A stretch of DNA of 63,897 nucleotides, counting the filler, from Octopus bimaculoides (Eukaryota): assembly GCF_001194135.2 (NCBI RefSeq). It is 8 parts of 6 records of this genome, joined end to end, with 100 filler letters (N's around TTAATTAATTAA, not from the genome) between each part and the next. Parts side by side here need not be neighbours in the genome. Positions count along the whole stretch, not along the records: positions 18,789 to 24,102 come from NC_069003.1; positions 24,203 to 52,610 come from NC_068981.1; 6 more parts are not named here. One strand, given 5' to 3'. How positions within the stretch are numbered: position 1 is the stretch's first letter; each line of letters opens with the position of its first letter. Below the pieces are notes generated by a model. It did no database searches. It worked only from the letters and a program-made list of their open reading frames with translations, and was not told where the DNA came from. Shown here one piece after another: positions 22,060 to 33,772 of the stretch. The position numbers and the translations under genes are program-made.

Positions 22060-23730
22060 CGTTGCGTTATATCATTCATCTAAATCATCTCTTTCATTAA
22101 TTTCTTGCCGACATCAAACTTCGCAAACTTCACTTACTCCTCCATTCCATCACACCTGATGCCACTACCTCAACGCCTCCGCTACCCTTCTCCCTCCCTG
22201 GTATGCTCCCNNNNNNNNNNNNNNNNNNNNNNNNNNNNNNNNNNNNNNNNNNNNNNNNNNNNNNNNNNNNNNNNNNNNNNNNNNNNNNNNNNNNNNNNNN
22301 NNNNNNNNNNNNNNNNNNNNNNNNNNNNNNNNNNNNNNNNNNNNNNNNNNNNNNNNNNNNNNNNNNNNNNNNNNNNNNNNNNNNNNNNNNNNNNNNNNNN
22401 NNNNNNNNNNNNNNNNNNNNNNNNNNNNNNNNNNNNNNNNNNNNNNNNNNNNNNNNNNNNNNNNNNNNNNNNNNNNNNNNNNNNNNNNNNNNNNNNNNNN
22501 NNNNNNNNNNNNNNNNNNNNNNNNNNNNNNNNNNNNNNNNNNNNNNNNNNNNNNNNNNNNNNNNNNNNNNNNNNNNNNNNNNNNNNNNNNNNNNNNNNNN
22601 NNNNNNNNNNNNNNNNNNNNNNNNNNNNNNNNNNNNNNNNNNNNNNNNNNNNNNNNNNNNNNNNNNNNNNNNNNNNNNNNNNNNNNNNNNNNNNNNNNNN
22701 NNNNNNNNNNNNNNNNNNNNNNNNNNNNNNNNNNNNNNNNNNNNNNNNNNNNNNNNNNNNNNNNNNNNNNNNNNNNNNNNNNNNNNNNNNNNNNNNNNNN
22801 NNNNNNNNNNNNNNNNNNNNNNNNNNNNNNNNNNNNNNNNNNNNNNNNNNNNNNNNNNNNNNNNNNNNNNNNNNNNNNNNNNNNNNNNNNNNNNNNNNNN
22901 NNNNNNNNNNNNNNNNNNNNNNNNNNNNNNNNNNNNNNNNNNNNNNNNNNNNNNNNNNNNNNNNNNNNNNNNNNNNNNNNNNNNNNNNNNNNNNNNNNNN
23001 NNNNNNNNNNNNNNNNNNNNNCCTTCTCACATCCATGACACCAACCACGCGCTTCGCTTGTTCAACTCTTTCTCCTTCACTCTTGGCCCCTCTAAACTTC
23101 TTTTCACCTTCGATATCCAGAGCCTTTACACGGTGATCCCTCACCACGAGGGGATGCGTGCACTTGAACATTTCCTTGACCCAACCCACAACCCGACACC
23201 TCCACACTCGTTTGTCTGACCGAACTTGTCTTTTCACTCAACTGCTTCTCGTTCGCGGGAGATTTCTACCAGTAGATCTCGGGAGTGGCCATGGGAACGA
23301 GAATGGGCCCCAACTATGCGAACCTGTTCGTTAGCTATGTTGAGGCCCAAATATTCTCAAGTTTCAATGGTCCCACTCCCGAACTATATGGCCGTTATAT
23401 TGCCACCTCACTCTCCCGCGAACACCTAGACTCCTTCCTCTCTTTTGTCAAATCTTTCCATCCTGCCCTCCACTTCTCCTGCACTATCTCTGACGCTTCT
23501 GTCTCCTTTCTTGACACTTCGGTCAGCGTTCATCACTCCACTCTTACCACCTCCATCCACTACAAACACACAGACTCACACTCTCATCTCAATTTCTCCT
23601 CCTCCAATATATTGAGCCTTCTGACCTCATCTCGAGGCCCTGTTCTTTCCTCTTCCCTCTTGCCTTCATTTATTTTGTTTTATGCATTTGTATTCACTCT
23701 GATGAAGCTTTATGTACTAGATCGAATGTG
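22060..23730 (+). mobile_element. Penelope-like element RT remnant, interrupted by an assembly gap
   Basis: LFTFDIQSLYTVIPH.EG, NCFSF.G.FYQ*ISGVAMGTRMGPNYANLFV, FLDTSV, YKHTDSHSHL. The catalytic YIDD reads YIAT (DD deleted). Confidence 0.88.
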
Positions 23731-24071
23731 CTATGATGATGGCGAATATTATTTTCGGAATTTCCTTCGTAAGCACCAATTGACATTGGCAGCAGAAACT
23801 GCTGTAAAAAATAATATGTCATGTTTTGTATTAAAAAATAATTAACCGATGTTGGTCAATTTGTTTGTTTATTGATCAAAAATTTTCTCCATTTTTCTGC
23901 TAATTTAAATTTGATTCCTGATAAACTTTTGCTTATTCTGTTATTACCTTACCCTATGAGCATAGTGTGCTCGCATACTCATGCTCAGGGACAGCATAGG
24001 TAAATGATACCGATAGTAAGAACGGATACTATTATCCTTTAGACGGTTATTCCAACCGCTAACTCTGCTTG

Positions 24072-24102
<31 letters not shown>

Positions 24103-24202
24103 NNNNNNNNNNNNNNNNNNNNNNNNNNNNNNNNNNNNNNNNNNNNTTAATTAATTAANNNNNNNNNNNNNNNNNNNNNNNNNNNNNNNNNNNNNNNNNN
24201 NN
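24103..24202. other. Assembly gap placeholder with TTAATTAATTAA
   Basis: 12-mer at 24147-24158. Confidence 0.95.
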
Positions 24203-24248
<46 letters not shown>

Positions 24249-24289
24249 AGAGAGAGAGAGACAGAGAGACAGAGAGAGATATGCATGTG

Positions 24290-24492
24290 TGTGTGTCTTC
24301 CTGCCCCCACAAAGTTTGACAACCGGTGTTGGTGCATTTATGTCACCGAAATTTGGATGTTCGGCAAAACAGATCCCATAGAATAAGTGCCATGTTTTGA
24401 AATAAGAAGTACTGGGGTCGTTTCGTTCGACTAAAATTCTTCAAGGCGGTGCTTCACCACGATTGCATTCCAATGACCGAAACAAGTAAAAA
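24290..24492 (+). mobile_element. SINE group B, 3' module, preceded by TA/GA/TG microsatellites
   Basis: TTTGACAACCGGTGTTGGTG...GGCGGTGCTTCACC...CAATGACCGAAACAAGTAAAAAG. Confidence 0.85.
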
Positions 24493-24529
24493 GTAATACA
24501 TATATATATATGTGTGTGTTTGTGCGTAT

Positions 24530-24778
24530 GTGGAGGCATGTGGCTTAGTGGTTAGGATGTTGGCCTCATAATCGTAGGATTGTGGTTTCGAGCTCTAGAC
24601 TGGGCGACGCGTTGTGTTCTTGAGCAAAACACTTCATTTCACGTAGCTGCAAAAATAAGTACTTGGCAAAAGTAAGTAAACCTGCGATGAACGAAGTCCC
24701 GTCCAGGTGGAGAATATATTACGCCATTGAAACCGGGAAAGCGGCCCTTATGAACTTGGTGTGGCTCGAGAAAGAAAT
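24530..24778 (+). mobile_element. SINE group C variant 3
   Basis: GTGGAGGCATGTGGCTTAGTGG head, GGTTTCGAG B-box-like, TGTGTTCTTGAGCAAAACACTTCATTTCAC, then CCTGCGATGAAC...CCCGTCCAGG...GAAACCGGGAAA. Confidence 0.8.
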
Positions 24779-26289
24779 ATTTTATATATATATATGTGTG
24801 TGTGTAAGTACCCACGCTTCGAGCACTTGTCATGTAACCTATTGCTGTAAATTGAATAAAGTATATTAAGCTATTTTTCGCTCTGGGCCCTTTGATACGC
24901 ATTAGATTTTAAACGCAATTTATTTACTCTTCTTTTTACTGGTTGATTGTCTCTTCGTTGACTATTTTTGTAATATCCGGATTCAAAAATATTTTGCATC
25001 TTTGATACCTTCACGAGTATTTTCTCGTAATCTACTGACTGCATTTTAATTTCCGGATCCTAAAAAATCCTTGCACTTTTCGGTATTAAAGATTTTTTGT
25101 CTTGCATTGTCAGTAACCCAGCTATGAAATTTTATCGAAAATGTTACCGATTTTTCTTTCACATTATTTCATTTTTTTAAAGTTTAAGAAATTTTAACAT
25201 ATTTCATATATTTTATCTCGTAGTAAATTATATAATTTATTCTCTTTTTGTCTCCCGAAAGACTTCTGCTTGTAGCTTGAAGGGAATGTTGCATTTATCA
25301 GATCAAGTGACTATGTACACAGTGCATCATTGGCTCTTAACTCAAAGGATATCATTTAAGAAACATAAGAAGATATTCGGCTGAAAATCATCTTTTAACT
25401 GTTCACAAGCTTCTGAAAGTAGCCGTACTGTTGACAATAAAAAATATATACACACTCATTTTTTATATTTACAATTCGTATATACATACATANNNNNNNN
25501 NNATATATATATATATATATACAATATATGTATGTATGTATGTATTTGGAGGCTGCTAGACTAACAATATTGTGTATGGGCATTAAAAGAAAAAATATGG
25601 TGTGGAAACCGGGACAACCTTAGTTAAATAGACAAATAAAGCAGAGAAATAAATATTTATTTATCATAAAAAGAATCTATATCTGGAACAATTACAACAC
25701 CATTAATATATTCATTCCGCAGACGATGTTTTCACTTGACAATTAAATCCTCTATTTTATAACACCGCCATACTTGTTTTCGATATCCTATGTTGTACCT
25801 GGTTGTATGTAGTTCTTTCTCCATTCTATTTTTGGTAGGACGCTGTTCATCAAACTATACATATAAATAAATAAAAAGAAAAACAATAATGAAAACATAA
25901 ATCGTGTTGTCCAGTTAAAAAGACTCTATTTTAATAGGTGCTAAAATGGCAAGTTTAATGTTCTCATTCAGATGGTGTTTGTGTTGTTTTATATTTTAAT
26001 TTTGATATTACATTTAATGTTGTTGTGTATGTTGTGTTGGCGGGATTTTGGAAACCTATCATCAAATATATTCCAGAAATGGCCATCTCGTCCTTCTATA
26101 TATCTTAAGGACTATGTTATTCAATGCCTCCTGGATTTTTTAAGACATGATGTGATTTGGTAGAAATGAGTTTGCTATTTCCAGCAGTTTCACCAACCGC
26201 ATAGAGATACAGATACAGTCTATCTGACACCCTTCTACAGTTTTTACTTACTCATTGTACTTTTTCATATGGAAAGTCTTAGTCAGCTC

Positions 26290-27160
26290 GAGACAATACG
26301 AAAGACATTTGGCCAAAATTCCCCATAGCAGGATAGAAAACAGGACTTCAAGATAGAAACACGAACGTCTTAACACTTCATATGTTAAGTTCCACAAATA
26401 GTTGATCATTGGGATGGTCCATATTGATCAATCCACAAAACGAATTTGCATAACATAGACAAACATGTTAAAAATATTTTTTTAAAAAAGTTACGACGGA
26501 GACTCGAAAATATAAAATTTCCTAGGTACAACACTTGCCTATGTACAACACTGGAGAACTTTACATATTGTACAAACCAACAAATATATAACATACATAA
26601 ATAAGAACTCCAACCATCCGGTCACAATCATACAATACATTATAAGCAATTTTGTCACACGCATATCTAATCTATTATCTAACAGAAAAAATATGTGCCA
26701 GCGTCGTCCTATACTGTAGTGAATGTAGATGATATCAATCTAGAAATACATAAAACCAACATCAAATGATACCTAACATTGTCACAAAAATATTATGCGG
26801 CATTATAGTTAACCTCATAGTTTAAATGTATGCATAATTGTTGGTAGGACTTGTATACAAATAAGTACATACTTCTTCATTTCATATTTATAACAGAAAA
26901 TCTTCCACAAAAACAACCCTTTCAAGGTCAACACATCATCTAGCCAAAGACTAAGATATCTATAAATACGACATATACAAAAACAAAAACAACTGTAGGG
27001 GCAAAACTAGGCACTCATTGGATAGAAAATGGTTGTCAAAAAATCGTATCTTGAGGAAATACAGAATCATCAATAGACTGCAATGTTGAAGTGTACATCA
27101 CGTTAACCAGGAATACTCTTAATGATATATATACATACAGCACATCGAGTCCTTATGATC
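26290..27160 (+). mobile_element. Penelope-like element remnant (RT C-terminus and start of GIY-YIG region), second lineage
   Basis: RDDG-like, NFLG.TL, YINKNSNHP.TII....TRISNL and NCRGK..HSLD.KWL.KN.I fragments resemble the PLE thumb and Cys-rich linker; many stops. Confidence 0.6.
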
Positions 27161-27524
27161 CAGTTACAATTTCAATGATACATATGATTCGAAATTATTT
27201 TGTTGTTTATCTTTTTTATTTTAGATGAATAGAAAAAGAAAAGGATAAGCATTCAATTAAATGTAGCTTTGATGTAAAAGCAAAAGCATACAACGCCGAT
27301 TAGCCACTGTTAACTATGTGCCAGAGTAAACAAACACAACATCTAAAAATTCAAAAGTTACATTGGCTACATTTTGTATATATGGTAGAAAAAAACTTTC
27401 TCGTCACGCCTCAATTTAATTCAATACAAGCATCAAGCTTAAAACATTTTGAAGATGACTTGGATTTTGAATTGCACACTGTTTGAACGTACACCTGACA
27501 TAAGCTGTATCAAGTAGTTCTATG

Positions 27525-28160
27525 CAGCGCTTCTTAAACTATGGTTCGCGACCCCAATTTGGGTTGCGAGACGAAATGCCGGGTCGCAAAAATTAAATTC
27601 AAACACTTGAATTTCAGTTTATATGTTATTTCACAAACGCATGATATTTTACGTTATGTGCCACATTCCTATGTGAAACGACTTTTTATTAGCTTTAACA
27701 TTTATTAAAAACAAATATCGTTGAACGCTGAAAACGTAGATGTTTTACGTCCAGCAGTATCAAATATTACACCAAGGTTTAATTTGTTATGCAGCAAAAA
27801 ACAAAACATCCGCCACATTGATTTTTACTGTGGTTTATTCTTGCACTTGAAATATTTACTTTAGTTTGTTGATGTACTTAAAACAAATCCTAAAACTACT
27901 TAGATTTTGACAAATAATATATATCTACTTTTTCTTATGGTATATTGTTCAGCAAAAAAAATTATGTATTTATTATTGTTCAGCCAAAAAAAATGTGTAT
28001 TTATTATTGTTCAGCAAAAAAAAAAATGTGTATTTATTATTGTTCAGCAAAAAAAAATTATGTATTTATTTCTGTTTTATTTCATATTTAATACCTGGAG
28101 TCGCGAAAAATCTCGTGATGAAAAATAAGGTCATGAATGAAAAAAGTTTAAGAAGCGATA
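27525..28160. mobile_element. Non-autonomous hAT (Charlie-like) MITE
   Basis: Left TIR CAGCGCTTCTTAAACT; right AGTTTAAGAAGCGATA (14/16 match); subterminal GGGTCGCG/CGCGACCCC motifs. No clean 8-bp TSD. Confidence 0.7.
27943..28070. repeat. About 30-33-bp tandem repeat x4 inside the hAT MITE
   Basis: Unit TATTGTTCAGC(A)n(TTA/TG)TGTATTTAT. Confidence 0.9.
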
Positions 28161-28481
28161 GGTGGAGACAGGGTATTTCATTGATGAAGTTACGAATGGT
28201 GACAAAATGGTGTTGGTTGATTGATTCATTCGTTGGTTAACCTACTGATTAATCAAGTGATCGATTAGTTTGTTGGTGAAATAGCGAATCAATTGATTAA
28301 TAATTCAGATGTGAAACTGAACCAGTGCGTGTACTTATTATTGGAGTAAAGATCCTCCCAAAATACAACAAAAATGCTGAGCTAAATGTTGATCATCAAT
28401 CAGTACCAAGTGAGATTAGTTCTTTCCCCTGCAGAAGAAAACTGCTCAATTTTTTTAAATTGGGGATTTTTTTTGTGTCTG

Positions 28482-28611
28482 GAAGTATGATATATACTCC
28501 GTGTTAATCAGGAAGTGTGATATACACTCCGTGCTAATCAGGAAGTGTGATATATGCTCTGTGTTAATCATGAAGTTTGATATATACTCTGTGTTAATCA
28601 ATGTTAATCAA
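28482..28611. repeat. 30-bp minisatellite, 4 copies plus a partial copy
   Basis: GAAGTRTGATATAYACTCYGTGTTAATCAG units start at 28482, 28512, 28542, 28572. Confidence 0.92.
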
Positions 28612-28864
28612 GTGAGATTTCTGCGCTAGCAGAATTTCATTATGGGAAGATAATGTTCGTCTGACGACCCATGCATTTTTGTACGACATATGACATCAGT
28701 CGGATAAAAATAAATATACATAAGCCATGTATTGAATACTTTGCATCTGCTTGTCATAAACAATGCAACTCTGTATGTGTTTTATTGGTATGTGTCCAAG
28801 TCTGCATGTATATTCATGTATACATCTGTGTGTTTATATATATATATATATACATAACGTTTAT

Positions 28865-29049
28865 CTTTTATTTGTTTCATTAGAGTGCGGCCATACTGGA
28901 CACCGTCTTGAATTTTTAGTCGAATGAATCGACCCAATAATTTATTATTTTTTTAAGCTTGGTACATATTCCATCGGTTTCGTTTGGTGAACTCCTAGAT
29001 TACGGAGATGCAAGCACACTAATACCTGTTGTCAAGCAGTGATGGGAAG

Positions 29050-29128
<79 letters not shown>

Positions 29129-29272
29129 CATACGACGAGCTTCTTTCAGTTTCAGTCACGCATGTGACAATATACTTAGAAAATACCTTCCTAAGTTGCC
29201 ACGCAGTGGAACTGAAACCAGAACCATGTGGTTGGGAAGTAAGCTTCTTACCACACAGCCAGGGCTGTGCCT
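28865..29272 (-). mobile_element. SINE group B, full length, internal (CA)n of about 75 bp
   Basis: 5' module 29127-29272, (CA)n 29051-29126, 3' module 28865-29045. Confidence 0.85.
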
Positions 29273-29467
29273 ATATATCTATATAATGTAGATAGGATTT
29301 GAATCCAAACTGTTACCTCTTGAAGCACATCTGCGTTTTCCAGTATTCCCAATCTGTTTTTAGATGTTATATTTGCGTGAGGTATGCATAATAGTTGAAA
29401 ATTCTGGAAAATATTTTCCTGTGAAGTAATTATATATCAAAACAGGAGATTGAAAAAAATGTCATGG

Positions 29468-29590
29468 TATTATTTATTCACCATTACATATGTTCCATTT
29501 GCTAAACAAATCTGTATCTGTAACATAGCTCCTTCAAATTTTGTAACTCTTATTAGCAAATGAAAAATGTGTAATGGTGAATAAATAATA
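29468..29590. mobile_element. 123-bp hairpin / small MITE-like element
   Basis: Arms 29468-29505 and 29553-29590 match at 35/38. Confidence 0.55.
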
Positions 29591-30177
29591 TCTAAAATTC
29601 ATTCAATCTCCTGGTCTGACACCCCCCCACACACACTTACACACCCATAACCCCCCCCCCACACACACACACAGAGATTATATATTATATCTATGTATGT
29701 GTCCGTCCGTCTGTCTTTCTTCGTTTCGAAACAGAAGTGAAAGACACAGTCAGATTGTCAGAGATAGTAAAAACGACTGAAATCTGCATACAAATGCAAG
29801 TAGAATCATCCACATTAATGTGTGTATGAGAATTTAAGTATACGCATGTGACAATGTACTTAGAAGTAACAGTGTCACGTGCTTAACATGTATCCTTATG
29901 TGACTATTGTAACAATAAACTATTAGTTCAGCTTATGTCTTGAACTACGAAGCCTCTTACCAAAATCCGAGGCTTGTGCTTGGTTTCCTGGCCTTTGTCT
30001 TCATATTTGTTCAGATGTTGGTATGTCTTTGACCTCCTCGTCAACTAAACATAACAAAAACCGATTGCAATCACGCTGCTATCACCTATATGTAATTACG
30101 TTCTTTTGAACACTTACGCACACACACACATACACTTACACACACTCACACACGCTTCCACTCACAAGTATGTATTT

Positions 30178-30232
<55 letters not shown>

Positions 30233-30564
30233 CAATCAGAAAGAAGTTTTTATGGGAAGGAATACGAAATTCATCATACGTTAAGCCATCAATACATCAT
30301 ACATGTAGATACACACACCTACCAAGCCACCCACACACACACAGGCGCACCCACACAGGCATTCCCATACGCAAACAAGCACAAAGACAGACCAAGCATT
30401 GAAATATATACACATACTCGCATATACACACATTAAACTAACAGACCTTTAAAAGACATCAAACCGAAGAACAAGACAAGTAGTTTTGGACAGTAACTTA
30501 TTAACGTTGAATGACAATAATTATTCTGAGTATTTTTCCTTTATGTAATGTGTAAGTATGTATG

Positions 30565-30598
<34 letters not shown>

Positions 30599-30609
30599 CG
30601 TATGTTATG

Positions 30610-30836
30610 TCTTTACTACCCACAAGGGGCTACACACAGAGGGGACAAACAAGGACAGACAAACGGATTAAGTCGATTACATCGACCCCAGTGCGTAACT
30701 GGTACCTATTTAATCGACCCCGAAAGGATGAAAGGCAAAGTCGACCTCGGTGGAATTTGAACTCAGAATGTAGCGGCAGACGAAATACCGCTAAGTATTT
30801 CGCCCGGCGTGCTAACGTTTCTGCCAGCTCGCCGCC
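30610..30836 (-). mobile_element. SINE group A, full length, tail type 2, with 9-bp TSD
   Basis: GGCGGCGAGCTGGCAGAAACG head, GAGTTCAAATTCC B box; TACGTATGT duplicated at 30597-30605 and 30838-30846. Confidence 0.92.
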
Positions 30837-31071
30837 TTACGTATGTATGTATGTATGTATCTGGGTATGTATGTATGTATGTATATATGACTGCATGCAT
30901 GTGTGTATGCATGTATTTATGTGCTCATGTGCGTTCGCTTGCGTTTATGCGTTTATGTTCGCGTGTAAATGTGTATCCTTGCCTTTATTTATATTTTCAT
31001 TTCTAAAAATTAGAAATGGCTTTGCAATTGATAAGTTGCTTTCTTCTTATATTATTGGAATATCACTAGGG

Positions 31072-31410
31072 TAAAGAACCCCTTCGGTCCTGAATGACCG
31101 CAGGATTGCACCTAGAAAATTCCCCTTACGAAGAACAAATCCAGGGAAGGTTGATTATGAAATATCTCCAGTCACCCATACATACCAGCCTCTCTTCTCC
31201 ACGCCATCGATGTTATCCAAGGGATAAGCAAAAGCAGATACAGCTTGGCACCAGTAACGTCTCAACTCATTTCTAGTGCTGAGTGAACTAGATCAACGTG
31301 AAATAAAGTGTCTTGCTCAAGAACACGATGCACAACCCTGACCAGGAATCGAACTCACTACCTCGTGATTGTGAGCCTGACACTCTTACCAGTGAGCCAT
31401 GCGTCTTCCA
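31072..31410 (-). mobile_element. SINE group C variant 4
   Basis: TGGCTCACTGG A box, GAGTTCGATTCC B box, GTGTTCTTGAGCAAGACACTTTATTTCACGTTG...CACTCAGC, unique body, 3' hairpin CGGTC-attcag-GACCG. Confidence 0.8.
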
Positions 31411-31889
31411 ACAGGTGCATTTTACTGCTCTCATCGATGTATATCATGACCCTAAAGGAGAAAACGAAATCGAAGACCAGTGATATTCATCTTCACCCAA
31501 AGAGAGTTTATGGTGATATGGTTTCACTAACTTGCAGAAATCGGATTCGAGTCAAATCCGCTCTACAAATCTGCTTTTTTCATTGTATGTCGATACAATA
31601 TATGAATGAATTATAACTGACTTGTATATTTGAGAAACATGATATCTTTTGATTCAGACTTAAGTACATATTTCACTCAGGAGTTCAGATAAAAGGCTTT
31701 GCTACGAGATGGATATTCTTAGTGAAGTTGTAACGTAGGAATTTTTGCGGGGTCAATCTAAATAGCTGTCAAGTCACCCTAGATTACATTCTGTCTGTGC
31801 GTGCACGTGCTTGCGTACGCACCCGCTGTGTGTATGTATGATACTTAAAAGTATTATAAAGTATTAGAAAGCTACTATAAAGAAAAATT

Positions 31890-32203
31890 GGTACGTTTTG
31901 TTTATCTCACGGCCATTAAAATATTGGGTTATCTCCTCTCGTTTTACAAGAAATATCGATACATTTGGTTATCACTCTCAACTAAAAAAATTGTTTAACT
32001 TTCAAAAAAAAAAAAAAAAATGAAATAAAAAAAATTAAACATCGTATTGAATCTGGTAACATTGTGTTGAAGCATACTGAATCAAAAGGATTTAACTCTT
32101 TTAATCCAATCTATTGTCACCACATAAACTCAATTTTTTTAGTAGAGAGATAACCCAATTTTAACAGCAATATTTAATGGGGATGAGATAACCAAAAAGT
32201 ACC
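31890..32203. mobile_element. MITE with long imperfect TIRs starting GGTAC
   Basis: Left GGTACGTTTTGTTTATCTCACGGCCATTAAA versus reverse complement of right GGTACTTTTTGGTTATCTCATCCCCATTAAA; inner arms ...ACTAAAAAAATTG also pair. Confidence 0.65.
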
Positions 32204-33599
32204 GAAAAAATAAGCAAAAAGAAACCATTAAAACCTCGTGCACTTATTCTATATATTATATATTTTGCCTTTAAAAGAACCTTGTCAATACAAAACAAAC
32301 AAAAAAACAAAACGGAGAATATTATTATCTCGGGATTACACTAATATATAAAGACTGGAGAAGATAATGATGTGGGCAGGCTGGGACATGTTATGGTACT
32401 AAATTAATATCATACAGTGAACGTCATGTCTTGTTCCTTTAATTTCTTTATATGAATAGTCTCTTTAATCCTGAAATTTCCAATATTAAGTTCTGCATTT
32501 TGCAATGTGTAGTATTGTGTTACGCTCGGCAAGGCAAAGGTAAATCAAGAGCAATGCATCTATAGATTACACTAAATCATTCTATGGAACTAGATCTGAT
32601 CAATTAAGGCTGATACGAGGCTGATACAAGAAGAAGAACCAACAATTTATCGTATACTGTCACATTAGGCTTGTATTATCAGTGAATTTTGTAATATAGA
32701 ATTAATATTTAGCTGTATGAATTGTTTTAACATTGAAGGGAATTGTAAAAGAGAATATCTGATTCACTTGGTGCTTTTTGTTTCTTTCCTCTCATGTACT
32801 TGGAGAGAAATTACCTTATGATATTCCTCAAACAATTAACGCTGTATTAAAACGTAGTAAAGTTCTAGGATGTTTCTGTCAGATGTGTTGGCGCCAATGC
32901 ATTAGACCGTAAAACGTTGCATCCCAAAAGTCTATATTCAAACATAACCAACAAAATATAAAAAAGAAGCAGTAAAAAATCCCATAAACTAAGAGTAAAA
33001 AGCATGATTTGAATAATAGCCTGTGGAATAAACAATACAAATAGAAAAAAAAAACAAGCAGCTAGCGACAACAAAGAACTAGTTTTACCATTCATAAATT
33101 CTATACAAATTAAGGTTTAACTGAAAAACCGTTCTTGCCTTTTATCAAACCAAATTATTTCCTGGTTTAATGCTACTACATTTTTGTGTGTATGGAAAGT
33201 CATTTGAAAAATATATTGATATACAACATTGCTTCGTGTAATAGTTAATGGTTCGGCCCTTAACCCCATTTGATGAGAAACATTTCTACATTAATTTATC
33301 TATTTATTTATTGGTGGAAGTCTTACTACCAGCAGCGTAGAAGAATAATTGCACATAATTGCAGTTTCTTTCTTGTTTACATTGTCATCGAACCGTATCA
33401 GTATTTACTCAAGGGATTAGACAATTCTATTATATTCTAACGTCGGAAATAGAAATATAACCCTAAACGCTACATTAATTCGATAAAATTTAACCTGTCT
33501 GGTAATCGGACGGAAAATTGGACGGAATTAAATAGACGTATGGAAATTACTCAACAATAATTCCAGCTAAAATATTTCGTTTTTTTTTCTTCTTGCAAG

Positions 33600-33772
33600 T
33601 GAAGAGAGATAGAAGAATTATTGGAGGGTATTATCAATTGAAAATCAACAACTTTAAATTCGCCATTAATATTTCTGAAAGCATTGCCCTGTCTTATCTG
33701 TTGGAATAATCGGTGTCGTGTATCATTTTCCATGATTGTTATTGGATAATTGCTGCAGACTATCTGACGACA
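33600..33772 (+). pseudogene. Possible decayed exon of an S1A (trypsin-like) serine protease
   Basis: Follows a polypyrimidine tract + AG. One frame reads xKRDRR-IIGG-...-*-...-WIIAADYL; GAC TAT is one substitution each from CAC TGT (HC). Inference only. Confidence 0.3.

Noticed and set aside
25280-25385. TVHHWLLTQRISFKKHKK resembling an IS630/Tc1 winged helix
   Set aside because: Short, with no neighbouring transposase motifs.
28482-28611. CRISPR-like 30-bp repeats
   Set aside because: Head-to-tail with no spacers, no cas genes, eukaryotic context.
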